Shown here: positions 18,116 to 25,684 of the stretch, piece by piece
Numbering within the stretch: the stretch's first letter is position 1
Layout: each line of letters begins with the position of its first letter
Origin: a virus
Taxonomy: Duplodnaviria > Caudoviricetes
IMG/VR virus record: IMGVR_UViG_3300020043_001373
Location: 1-32,578 of that record
Direction: 5' to 3' (one strand)
DNA length: 32,578 nucleotides
The notes under the pieces: model-generated
Databases searched by the model: none
Told to the model about the DNA's origin: nothing
What the model saw: the letters and a program-made list of their open reading frames with translations, nothing else
Program-made: the position numbers and the translations under genes

Positions 18116-18134
18116 CCAAAGGTCGGGGGACACA

Positions 18135-18815
18135 ATGAAAACAGTACTAATCGCGACACCTTCGTATGATGGGAAAGTAGATGTCTGGTACGCCAGTGCA
18201 CTGCATCAAACTGCATTGCTTGGTATGCAATCGGACATTTACTTCCACCCAATCTTTATGTCTTATGACGCACTAATCCAGCGTAGCCGTAATGACCTGC
18301 TAGCCCTAGCGGTAGAGCAAGAGTTTGATGGCATCCTATGGATTGATGCTGATATGGAATGGAACCCACAGTGGGCTATTGATGTGGTGAACTCAGGCAA
18401 GGATGCCTTGGGTCTACCAGTTATCAAGAAGTCTATCTTCGAGGAATCCTACAACGTCAAGTGTAAGCCAGAAGATTTGGTTACTAACGAGGACGGACTT
18501 ATCAAGGTTGAGTCTATTGGTACAGGTTTCTTCTATATGTCTAAGGATGCAATCAAGCATCTATGGGATAACTCAGAAGCCTATGTTCATAATGGCGCAG
18601 AGCGTCGCTGGGCGTTTGAGGTAAAGATTCAAGACGGAGACATCATCTCCGAAGATGTATTGCTTTGTCAGAAGTTACGAGATGGTGGGTATGGGGTATT
18701 TATAGACCCAAGCAAGACTTGCAATCATATTGGTACACTAAAGTTCAGTGGAGATTTCGCAGGCTTCATTAACAAACTATCTATGTCGGGGGACAAGAAT
18801 GAGCAAAGTAAATAA
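18135..18815 (+). CDS. GT-A fold (GT2-like) glycosyltransferase 1 (226 aa)
   Basis: VLIATPSY, IQRSRN, DxD motif (WIDADM), GTGF, SEDVLLC, late His (CNHIG). Confidence 0.85.
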   Translation: MKTVLIATPSYDGKVDVWYASALHQTALLGMQSDIYFHPIFMSYDALIQRSRNDLLALAVEQEFDGILWIDADMEWNPQWAIDVVNSGKDALGLPVIKKSIFEESYNVKCKPEDLVTNEDGLIKVESIGTGFFYMSKDAIKHLWDNSEAYVHNGAERRWAFEVKIQDGDIISEDVLLCQKLRDGGYGVFIDPSKTCNHIGTLKFSGDFAGFINKLSMSGDKNEQSK

Positions 18816-19521
18816 AGGGACAGTAGCACTTGGTTGGTGTGACAACGGCAATACTGATGGCAAGTTTACAGAGGGTATGGTTTCCATAGCCCTTCAGGCT
18901 CCTGCTAACAATATTGAAATTACACACAGTATGCGAGTGCAAGGTAACCAAATCGGAAGACAGCGCCAAGTACTCTTTGATTACTGGGCAGACCAGATTA
19001 AAACTGATTGGCTCTTATGGGTTGACTCAGACATCGTGATGGATATCCACGTGTTGACAAAGGTATGGGATGCAGCAGACAAGATTGGTAAGCCAGTTGT
19101 ATCTGGTACTTACTTCATCTCTAAGCAGAACGAAGGCACACTAGCCCAACCATTTCCTGCATTGTTCACCGAAGTAAGTGAACACAGTATTCGTCACGTA
19201 CACCCACTGCCTGAGAATCAAGTAATACCAGTTGACTCAGCAGGTTTTGGATTCGTATTGATGCACAAGTCAATCATTCCTAAGATGCGGGAGAAGTTCC
19301 CAAACCAATCTTTATTTGCAGAGCAAGAAGGTATCGGCGATAAGTTTGTCGGAGAAGACATTGTGTTCTTCCGCAAACTTAAAGAAGCAGGAATTCCGTT
19401 ATACGCACACACAGGTGCGCTAGTACGACATATGAAACGATTCTCATTAGACGCTGATTACTACAGCCTCTACTGGAGTTGGCAAACATTGAAGAAAGAA
19501 ATAGAGCAAAACAAACCCTAA
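18799..19521 (+). CDS. GT-A fold (GT2-like) glycosyltransferase 2 (240 aa)
   Basis: Start reassigned to ATG 18799; IGRQRQ, WVDSDI, AGFGFVL, GEDIVFF, HTGALVRH. Confidence 0.85.
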   Translation: MSKVNKGTVALGWCDNGNTDGKFTEGMVSIALQAPANNIEITHSMRVQGNQIGRQRQVLFDYWADQIKTDWLLWVDSDIVMDIHVLTKVWDAADKIGKPVVSGTYFISKQNEGTLAQPFPALFTEVSEHSIRHVHPLPENQVIPVDSAGFGFVLMHKSIIPKMREKFPNQSLFAEQEGIGDKFVGEDIVFFRKLKEAGIPLYAHTGALVRHMKRFSLDADYYSLYWSWQTLKKEIEQNKP

Positions 19522-19530
19522 GGAGTCTAA

Positions 19531-21729
19531 GTGGCTGGTCGTGATATTACCGAAGGTCGTCCAACGCGAGCCATCGCAACTGATATTGGTATCGTTTCCG
19601 ACGGTGCAATCTGGCAGAATACGGACATCAATTACGATGTAGCAATTGGTGGACTTCCATTCATCTATGCAATTAGTGATGCCCGACCATACATTAGACA
19701 GACAGCACCGTTTCGTAAAGACCAGTTCGACAACCAGACAGAACCAGGAGAGCAATCTCTAACTGGCTGGTGGATTCGTTCACAGTCTTCTTTCCACGGT
19801 GGTACAGGTATTGTCTATTTTGACCCACAAACCTCTGACCCATTTGGTCACTATCGTTTTGCAGATAGCAAGGGTGTAGATGTATTTAAGCAAGGTGAAG
19901 TAACTCTACTTAACAATGTAGAAGAAAACCACATCACCACTGGAACTATACGTAGCAATGGTCGACCATTCCAGTCAGCCCGTTCTATCAAATATGGAAG
20001 CACCGAGGCTGTATTGCTTTGGGATGAGTATGACGTGGATAAGATTGTTCCAGGGGCAGCCCCTGTTCATTTTATTGATTACATCTCTGGAACTGACAGT
20101 GCAGTCTATGCCATCTGTGATGATGGTGTAAATGCATTTTGGATTACTAATACATCAACCAAGAAGACTGTTTACAAAAAGCCTCTAACTGGCACTTCAG
20201 CATCTACTGCAGATGTTACAAAAATGTTTGATGAAATTGGAACAGTTGCTAACGCAACAATGGAATACGTCAAAGAACGTATTGTTATGTGTGCTGACAA
20301 CAAGGTGTATGAATTCTCATCCTCTGCGGTGGCTATGCCAACTGCAGTCTATACACACCCATCAACTACGCACGTCTTTACGTCCGTAGCAGCCTCTGGT
20401 TCAGCAATCTATGTTGCTGGATACAATGGCATTCAGTCAACAATCATCAAGTTTACCCTCTCTACTGCTGGAGTTATGCCAAATCTTACATCTGCTGTAG
20501 TAGCAGCAGAACTACCAGTGGGTGAGATAGTCCACAAGATTTACTACTACCTAGGCTTTATGTTGATTGGAACCAACAAGGGTATTCGTGCTTCTGTTGT
20601 CTCAGATGTTGATGGCTCAATCAACTATGGTCCGCTCATTGTGGAAACAACTCAGCCTTGCTATGACTTTGCAGCGCGTGACCGCTTTGTATGGTGCGCT
20701 ACCTCTGTTGCTGGCGAGCCTGGAGTTATCCGTCTTGACTTAGGAACTGAACTAGAACCACTGCGCTTTGCCTATGCAAATGATATTTATTATTCAGGTG
20801 TAACAAACCATATTACTACTGGCTGTGCATTCGTCAATGGTACTGAGCAACTAGCATTTACTACATCTGCTACTTCCGCAGGTACTATTGTTAATAAGGC
20901 ATTGACTAGCAACGTAGCAACACTGACTACAAGTGCAGCACATAACCTAGAGGTTAGCGATTCCATCTGGGTTGAAGGTGTCGATGCAACATTTAATGGT
21001 GAATTCACAGTAGCAACTGTGCCAACTACCACTACATTTACATACGCCAAGACAGCAAGCAATGTTGCATCCACAGCAGTTACTTCTGCTGCAGCAATTG
21101 TTGCCACTACTGGTGCTATCTATGTAGAGGATTTAACTGAGTTAACACCTACTGGTTACCTAACTACTGGTAACATTCGTTACAACACCCTTGAGAAGAA
21201 GAACTTTAAGCGTCTTTTGGGACGCGGTGACTTTACCTATGGTTCTATGACACTCAACACTGTTGATGAGGCTGGCACTGTATATGACGTCATCTCTTAT
21301 GACGCAGCAGTTGGTGCTCCAGAGGTAACAACATCATCTCCTGCTGTAGCACAAGAGTACTTGGCTTACAAGTTCATTATGTACAGAGATGGAACAGACC
21401 CAAGCAAGGGTCCACAGTTCAAGGGTTACCAAGCAAAGTCAACGATTGCTACTCCACGTCAGCGTGTAATGCAGTTCCCTGTCTATTGCTATGACATTGA
21501 GACTGACCGATACAACGTACTACTTGGATACGAAGGCAGAGCCTTTGACAAGATTCGTTTACTTGAAGACATCGAAGGCAACGGAGATGTTATTACCTGG
21601 CAAGACTTAACAACTGGCGAATCTCGTCAGGCTGTTATCGAACAAGTTACGTTCACCCGTTTAACCCCACCAGATAAGCGCTTTGATGGCTTTGGTGGCG
21701 TACTACAAATCACTATCCGTACCGTATAA
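19531..21729 (+). CDS. tail nozzle / tail tubular protein B-like (732 aa)
   Basis: GTG start with SD AAGGAG; beta-rich, propeller-like; size and position fit a podovirus nozzle. Confidence 0.6.
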   Translation: MAGRDITEGRPTRAIATDIGIVSDGAIWQNTDINYDVAIGGLPFIYAISDARPYIRQTAPFRKDQFDNQTEPGEQSLTGWWIRSQSSFHGGTGIVYFDPQTSDPFGHYRFADSKGVDVFKQGEVTLLNNVEENHITTGTIRSNGRPFQSARSIKYGSTEAVLLWDEYDVDKIVPGAAPVHFIDYISGTDSAVYAICDDGVNAFWITNTSTKKTVYKKPLTGTSASTADVTKMFDEIGTVANATMEYVKERIVMCADNKVYEFSSSAVAMPTAVYTHPSTTHVFTSVAASGSAIYVAGYNGIQSTIIKFTLSTAGVMPNLTSAVVAAELPVGEIVHKIYYYLGFMLIGTNKGIRASVVSDVDGSINYGPLIVETTQPCYDFAARDRFVWCATSVAGEPGVIRLDLGTELEPLRFAYANDIYYSGVTNHITTGCAFVNGTEQLAFTTSATSAGTIVNKALTSNVATLTTSAAHNLEVSDSIWVEGVDATFNGEFTVATVPTTTTFTYAKTASNVASTAVTSAAAIVATTGAIYVEDLTELTPTGYLTTGNIRYNTLEKKNFKRLLGRGDFTYGSMTLNTVDEAGTVYDVISYDAAVGAPEVTTSSPAVAQEYLAYKFIMYRDGTDPSKGPQFKGYQAKSTIATPRQRVMQFPVYCYDIETDRYNVLLGYEGRAFDKIRLLEDIEGNGDVITWQDLTTGESRQAVIEQVTFTRLTPPDKRFDGFGGVLQITIRTV

Positions 21730-21744
21730 CTCTTAGGAGCGCAA

Positions 21745-21948
21745 ATGACCGCCACTGACTGGGCTGCTTTAATCATATCTATCTTAACAATTGTTTCAGC
21801 ATTTGCTGCATCTGTTAGATGGTTAGTAAAACATTTCCTATATGAACTTAAGCCTAATGGTGGTTCAAGTATGAAGGATTCAGTGTCAAGATTGGAGCGA
21901 CAGGTTGAAGAGATTTATCGCATCCTTCTTTCTCGCAATAACTCTTAG
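21745..21948 (+). CDS. single-TM membrane protein with coiled-coil tail (lysis module, 67 aa)
   Basis: TM WAALIISILTIVSAFAASV; ELKPNGGSSMKD..RLE motif. Confidence 0.75.
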   Translation: MTATDWAALIISILTIVSAFAASVRWLVKHFLYELKPNGGSSMKDSVSRLERQVEEIYRILLSRNNS

Positions 21949-22096
21949 CGGTTGCGGATATCAGGGCTGGGTTCGTTACCCCTGCCAAGAGTTTGAAAAC
22001 TGGGAAAAGCCAGAGTGCAACCCACCTCAATGTATCCCGACTGGTACTTGTACCAAAGACATTTTGCCTGGAGTATTAGATGAGCCAAAGAAATAA
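21905..22096 (+). CDS. Cys-rich lipoprotein (63 aa)
   Basis: TTG start with SD GGAG; signal MKRFIASFFLAIT plus lipobox LSGC; four further Cys. Confidence 0.65.
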   Translation: MKRFIASFFLAITLSGCGYQGWVRYPCQEFENWEKPECNPPQCIPTGTCTKDILPGVLDEPKK

Positions 22097-22355
22097 GTTA
22101 AGTCCAGAAGACTTACACGCACGACTAATTGTAACTATCGGAATCATACTAGCCATTGTATTTGCTGGTTCTGTTTTTGCATTGCTCTATGCGTTGCTAT
22201 TTATTACACAACCATTAGGAGACCAGGCACCCAACGATGCTGCATTTATTGACCTTGTTAGTACCTTGTGCGTGTTTCTTACTGGTTCTCTTGCTGGCGT
22301 ACTTGCAGGAAACGGATTAAAGTCAAAGCCAAAGGAAAAAAAAGATGGAGAATAA
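22080..22355 (+). CDS. two-TM holin-like membrane protein (91 aa)
   Basis: Two hydrophobic segments and a basic C-terminus, next to the endolysin. Confidence 0.7.
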   Translation: MSQRNKLSPEDLHARLIVTIGIILAIVFAGSVFALLYALLFITQPLGDQAPNDAAFIDLVSTLCVFLTGSLAGVLAGNGLKSKPKEKKDGE

Positions 22356-22858
22356 TGAAGACACTTGCCAAGAAAGCCACACCTGCCGCTATTGCTGTAC
22401 TTCGTCAAGCCACAGCGATTTCACCTTCGCGTATGAAAGCCAGCGATGGACTCCTTCCTTCCCAAGCGCATATACATCAGAATCCCAACTCTGACCACAA
22501 CACAGGGTTGGCAGTTGATTTAACTCACGACCCTAAGCACGGCATTGATTGCGTTGACATCTTCGAGAAGTTGAAGGAAGATGCACGAGTTGAGTACCTG
22601 ATTTTCAAGGGAAAGATTTGGTCGAAGGCTCGTGCTAAAGAAGGCAACCGTAAGTACACAGGTAGCAACCAGCACAACAAGCATCTTCATATTTCCATCA
22701 AGCCAGAACTATCCAAGGACACAAGCCCTTGGTTCTGGTGGCTCAACCAGCCAAAGATTGTTAAGCAGATAGCAGCAAGGGTAATCCCTATCCCTGCTAA
22801 GAAGGCATACAAGACCGAAGTTTGTACCTGTTGCAAAGTGCACGGTGCAAAAGCCTAA
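22355..22858 (+). CDS. endolysin, peptidase M15-like Zn peptidase (167 aa)
   Basis: Start reassigned to ATG 22355; SDH-x6-D (SDHNTGLAVD) and HNKHLHIS motifs. Confidence 0.8.
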   Translation: MKTLAKKATPAAIAVLRQATAISPSRMKASDGLLPSQAHIHQNPNSDHNTGLAVDLTHDPKHGIDCVDIFEKLKEDARVEYLIFKGKIWSKARAKEGNRKYTGSNQHNKHLHISIKPELSKDTSPWFWWLNQPKIVKQIAARVIPIPAKKAYKTEVCTCCKVHGAKA

Positions 22859-22875
22859 TCCCCTAGGAGGATACA

Positions 22876-23061
22876 ATGGAACAATTCAAGCAACTATCAC
22901 TATCTTGGTTCCGCGCTGCAGCATCTGCTGCGGTTGCGCTTTACCTTGTTGGTGAGACGGACCTTAAGACCCTAGCAATGGCAGCATTGACTGGTTTCGC
23001 TGGTCCACTACTCAAGTGGCTAGACCCATCTGCTACAGAGTTTGGTCGCGGTTCAAAGTAA
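22876..23061 (+). CDS. holin-like protein (61 aa)
   Basis: SD AGGAGG; two short hydrophobic helices; follows the endolysin. Confidence 0.7.
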   Translation: MEQFKQLSLSWFRAAASAAVALYLVGETDLKTLAMAALTGFAGPLLKWLDPSATEFGRGSK

Positions 23062-23100
23062 TACCCTTTATACGCCTTCCAAGGCGGTTTTAAGACACTT

Positions 23101-23144
23101 AGACCCTCAGGTCATAGGATTACCTATGGCTTGGGGGTCTTTTT
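23101..23144 (+). terminator. intrinsic terminator of the late operon
   Basis: 18-bp stem AGACCCTCAGGTCATAGG / CCTATGGCTTGGGGGTCT with three G-U pairs (indicating + strand RNA), loop ATTA, followed by TTTT. Confidence 0.85.
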
Positions 23145-23165
23145 GTCATTTCTGTAGGGTCATTG

Positions 23166-23207
23166 GCGTGTCGTAATACTTGCAGTCAGGTCAGATGTGT
23201 GTATACT
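23166..23207 (+). promoter_or_regulatory. sigmaA-type promoter of the replication module with upstream GTGTC (GACAC on - strand) box
   Basis: TTGCAG 23180-23185, 16-nt spacer, TATACT 23202-23207; GTGTC 23168-23172. Confidence 0.55.
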
Positions 23208-23292
23208 TAGATTATTAATTATTAATTTAATTAATATAAGGCGCGAAGCGCCGATATTATATATATAATTATATAATAATAACTAAATAGAT
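23208..23292. other. AT-rich tract with central GC hairpin: candidate replication origin
   Basis: Almost pure A/T flanks around GGCGC-GAA-GCGCC (23240-23252), with outer TAATAT/ATATTA arms. Confidence 0.55.
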
Positions 23293-23366
23293 TTACATAG
23301 TTCTCCCTTATTGAGTACCCTCCTGTCCTCTAAGGGAGGACTATGTAACAACTTTCAGACAGGAGA
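23293..23366 (+). promoter_or_regulatory. leader hairpin with anti-SD loop plus its cognate RBS
   Basis: 18-bp stem 23293-23310/23331-23348; loop CTCCTGTC 23320-23327 is the exact complement of GACAGGAG 23358-23365. Confidence 0.65.
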
Positions 23367-23371
23367 AGTCG

Positions 23372-23557
23372 ATGATTAAATTGGACAGTTATGAACTGCC
23401 AGCACATATATCCTACTCAGCATTTACCACTTACCTAACCTGTGGATATCAGTACTACCTAGGTAGATTACTTCAAGTACCAGAGGAACCATCTATCTGG
23501 TCAGCAGGTGGACGAGCATTCCACTATGCAGCAGAGTTGTATGACTATGACAATTAA
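23372..23557 (+). CDS. Cas4/RecB-like PD-(D/E)XK exonuclease, N-terminal part (61 aa)
   Basis: HISYSAFTTYLTCGYQYYL...GRAFH is the typical N-terminal S.S......C...Y / G..FH signature. Confidence 0.8.
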   Translation: MIKLDSYELPAHISYSAFTTYLTCGYQYYLGRLLQVPEEPSIWSAGGRAFHYAAELYDYDN

Positions 23558-24149
23558 CCCATTATGGGAACAAGCGTGGCGGAAAGAGACCGAAGGTCTT
23601 GACTTTGCTAACGCACGAGTAGCAGGACGAGCAACTAAACTCAACCCTAACAAGGAAGATGCTGCTTGGTGGTACGAACAAGGTTCCATATGGACTGACA
23701 ACTACATCCTATGGCGCAAGAACAACCCTAACTGGAAACTTTGGACAACACCTCAGGGTGCCAAGGCTATCGAGTTAGAGTTAAACCCAGTCATTGCTGG
23801 AGTACCAGTGAAGATGTTCATTGACAGAATCTTTGAGGTCGACGGTAAGTTAGTTATCGTTGACTTGAAGACCTCTCGTGCACGTCCTCAGTCTGACCTT
23901 CAGTTGGGCTTCTACAAAATAGGAGTCGAGATGATGCTGGGTGTTGAAGTCAATCTAGGAAACTACTGGATGTCTCGTGAGTCGGGGACAGGAGAGATGA
24001 TTGACCTAAGTAGGTATACACAGGACACGCTTGAATACTTTGTTGATGGCTTTGACAAAGCACGCAAGGCTGGTATATTTCTACCGAACCTACAATCGTG
24101 CAATTTCTGTGGACTCACAGAACATTGCCAATTCACGAAGGAAAAATAA
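23541..24149 (+). CDS. Cas4/RecB-like PD-(D/E)XK exonuclease, catalytic C-terminal part
   Basis: AIELEL, FIDRI, IVDLKT, QLGFY, CNFC...HC. Start is ATG 23541 or 23547. Confidence 0.85.
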   Translation: MTMTINPLWEQAWRKETEGLDFANARVAGRATKLNPNKEDAAWWYEQGSIWTDNYILWRKNNPNWKLWTTPQGAKAIELELNPVIAGVPVKMFIDRIFEVDGKLVIVDLKTSRARPQSDLQLGFYKIGVEMMLGVEVNLGNYWMSRESGTGEMIDLSRYTQDTLEYFVDGFDKARKAGIFLPNLQSCNFCGLTEHCQFTKEK

Positions 24150-24269
24150 ATGCTCAAAGTAAATACACTAACAGCACAAGATGTGTTGGTAGCACTTGAA
24201 ATGAAACTCATTACACAGGATGAAGCACGCGAAGCATTGGGCTTTGTAGCAACTAAGGAGGACAAGTAA
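24150..24269 (+). CDS. microprotein (39 aa; MLKVNTLTAQDVLVALEMKLITQDEAREALGFVATKEDK)
   Basis: Hand translation; SD AAGGA; fills the gap exactly, with TAATG coupling downstream. Confidence 0.6.
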   Translation: MLKVNTLTAQDVLVALEMKLITQDEAREALGFVATKEDK

Positions 24270-24652
24270 TGGCAGAAGATTGGAAGTTACAGGTCTCATA
24301 CAAGACCAACGGCGGGGATATGGTAAATGTCCGTGCTAATACTGCAGATGAACTCAGCGTATTGCTAGAGGGAATCTCTGATTACTCAACACAGATTGCA
24401 GCAACAGGAAGAATGCTAAATGGTGCAGGTGTGGCAGCCCCTTTGGGGACTCCTACTTCAACTCCCGCGCAGCCAGCAACTCCTACCTTCGTAACCGCCC
24501 CGACAGCGGAAGCATCAGGTACCACGCCAACGTGTTTACACGGGGAGCGAAAGTTCCTATCGGGAATTTCGAAGAAGAACGGCAAGCCATATCGGATGTG
24601 GGTTTGTCAACAACCACAAGACCAAGGGCAATGCTCACCAGTCAATGGTTAG
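24269..24652 (+). CDS. protein with Pro/Thr linker and C-terminal GRF-like Zn finger (127 aa); possible ssDNA-binding/recombination factor
   Basis: CLHG...SKKNGKPY..WVC.......QC; SD AAGGAGG. Confidence 0.65.
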   Translation: MAEDWKLQVSYKTNGGDMVNVRANTADELSVLLEGISDYSTQIAATGRMLNGAGVAAPLGTPTSTPAQPATPTFVTAPTAEASGTTPTCLHGERKFLSGISKKNGKPYRMWVCQQPQDQGQCSPVNG

Positions 24653-24671
24653 ATATTGACATAAACTAAAA

Positions 24672-24718
24672 TTGGTAGAGGGGTATTTATTAGGGGAAGA
24701 TATTTACCCTTCTGCCAA
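24672..24718 (+). promoter_or_regulatory. intergenic RNA hairpin with purine-rich AGGGGAAG loop
   Basis: TTGGTAGAGGGGTA (24672-24685) pairs with TACCCTTCTGCCAA (24705-24718), two G-U pairs. Confidence 0.65.
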
Positions 24719-24737
24719 CTTAAGACAGGAGATACAA

Positions 24738-24905
24738 ATGGAAAAAACAATTAAGTATTTATTACAAGAAGCGTACGTCAATGGTTACAACGATGCTCGT
24801 GAAGCAATAGCGCAAGAGATTGAAAAGTTGCCAGTTGAAAGTTCAACTACTAATGCAGTAGGTATGAAGTATGTAGCCGTAAAGGTTGCACGAGGTAAGC
24901 AGTGA
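24738..24905 (+). CDS. hypothetical protein (55 aa)
   Basis: Start reassigned to ATG 24738 behind AGACAGGAGA. Confidence 0.7.
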   Translation: MEKTIKYLLQEAYVNGYNDAREAIAQEIEKLPVESSTTNAVGMKYVAVKVARGKQ

Positions 24906-25684
24906 GAACTCTTGTACGCTCAGTAGGAAGAGCAGACATTGGTGGCGAACCGTTGCCCTCTGTATTCCGAGCATTCGATAATAACAAAATAATTCTACGC
25001 AGAGCAGAAGTCTCTATGTTGGCAGGTACTCCAGGTGTGGGAAAGTCCACTCTGGCACTGGCTTTAGCCCTCAAAATGAAGGTGCCTTGCTTGTACATCT
25101 CAGCAGATACTAACGCTCACACTATGGCTATGCGCCTTGCATCAATGATTAGCGGTAAGAATCAGACTGATGTTGAAACATTAATGAACAATGACTACGG
25201 CTGGACAAAGGCAACTCTCTCACGAGGTGCACACATTGTCTGGTCATTTGAATCATCTCCTACTCTGCAAGATATAGACGAGGAAGTTCAAGCCTTTGAA
25301 GAGTTGTGGGGTTGTCCACCTACTGCAATCTTTGTTGATAACTTAATGGACATTGCCACCGATGGTGGTGAAGAGTTCGCATCTATGCGTGCGATTATGA
25401 AGGAGTTGAAATTCCTTGCTCGTGATACTAACGCTGCTATTATTATTCTGCATCATACTTCTGAGGCTGTACCTGGAAATCCTTGCCAGCCTCGCTCGGC
25501 TCTTCAAGGTAAAGTCGCGCAACTTCCTGCTCTTATTTGTACTCTTGGAGTTGTTGGCACTTCTATGGCTATTGCCCCTGTAAAAAATAGATACGGAAGA
25601 GCAGATGCAAACGGGGATTTGCTAGCGTGGCTAGCATTTAATCCTGAGTATATGTTTATGGACGACATCCCAGAGAATAGTTGA
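24902..25684 (+). CDS. DnaB-like (RecA-fold, SF4) helicase, motor domain only (260 aa)
   Basis: Walker A GTPGVGKS, Walker B IFVDNL, ILHH, KNRYG arginine-finger motif. Confidence 0.85.
   Translation: MRTLVRSVGRADIGGEPLPSVFRAFDNNKIILRRAEVSMLAGTPGVGKSTLALALALKMKVPCLYISADTNAHTMAMRLASMISGKNQTDVETLMNNDYGWTKATLSRGAHIVWSFESSPTLQDIDEEVQAFEELWGCPPTAIFVDNLMDIATDGGEEFASMRAIMKELKFLARDTNAAIIILHHTSEAVPGNPCQPRSALQGKVAQLPALICTLGVVGTSMAIAPVKNRYGRADANGDLLAWLAFNPEYMFMDDIPENS

Noticed and set aside
23073-23091. Small hairpin CGCCT-TCCA-AGGCG followed by GTTTT as a separate terminator
   Set aside because: Only a 5-bp stem, immediately upstream of a much stronger terminator; insufficient support.
23981-23999. GTCGGGGACAGGAGA inside the exonuclease gene resembling both RBS motifs
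   Set aside because: It lies in coding sequence and too close to the in-frame ATG for normal initiation; treated as probably coincidental.
23372-24149. CRISPR-associated cas4
   Set aside because: Stand-alone phage Cas4/RecB-like exonuclease in a replication module; no array or other cas genes.
24656-24686. TTGACA as a -35 element
   Set aside because: No TAnnnT at 16-18 nt spacing; the downstream sequence is better explained as a hairpin arm.
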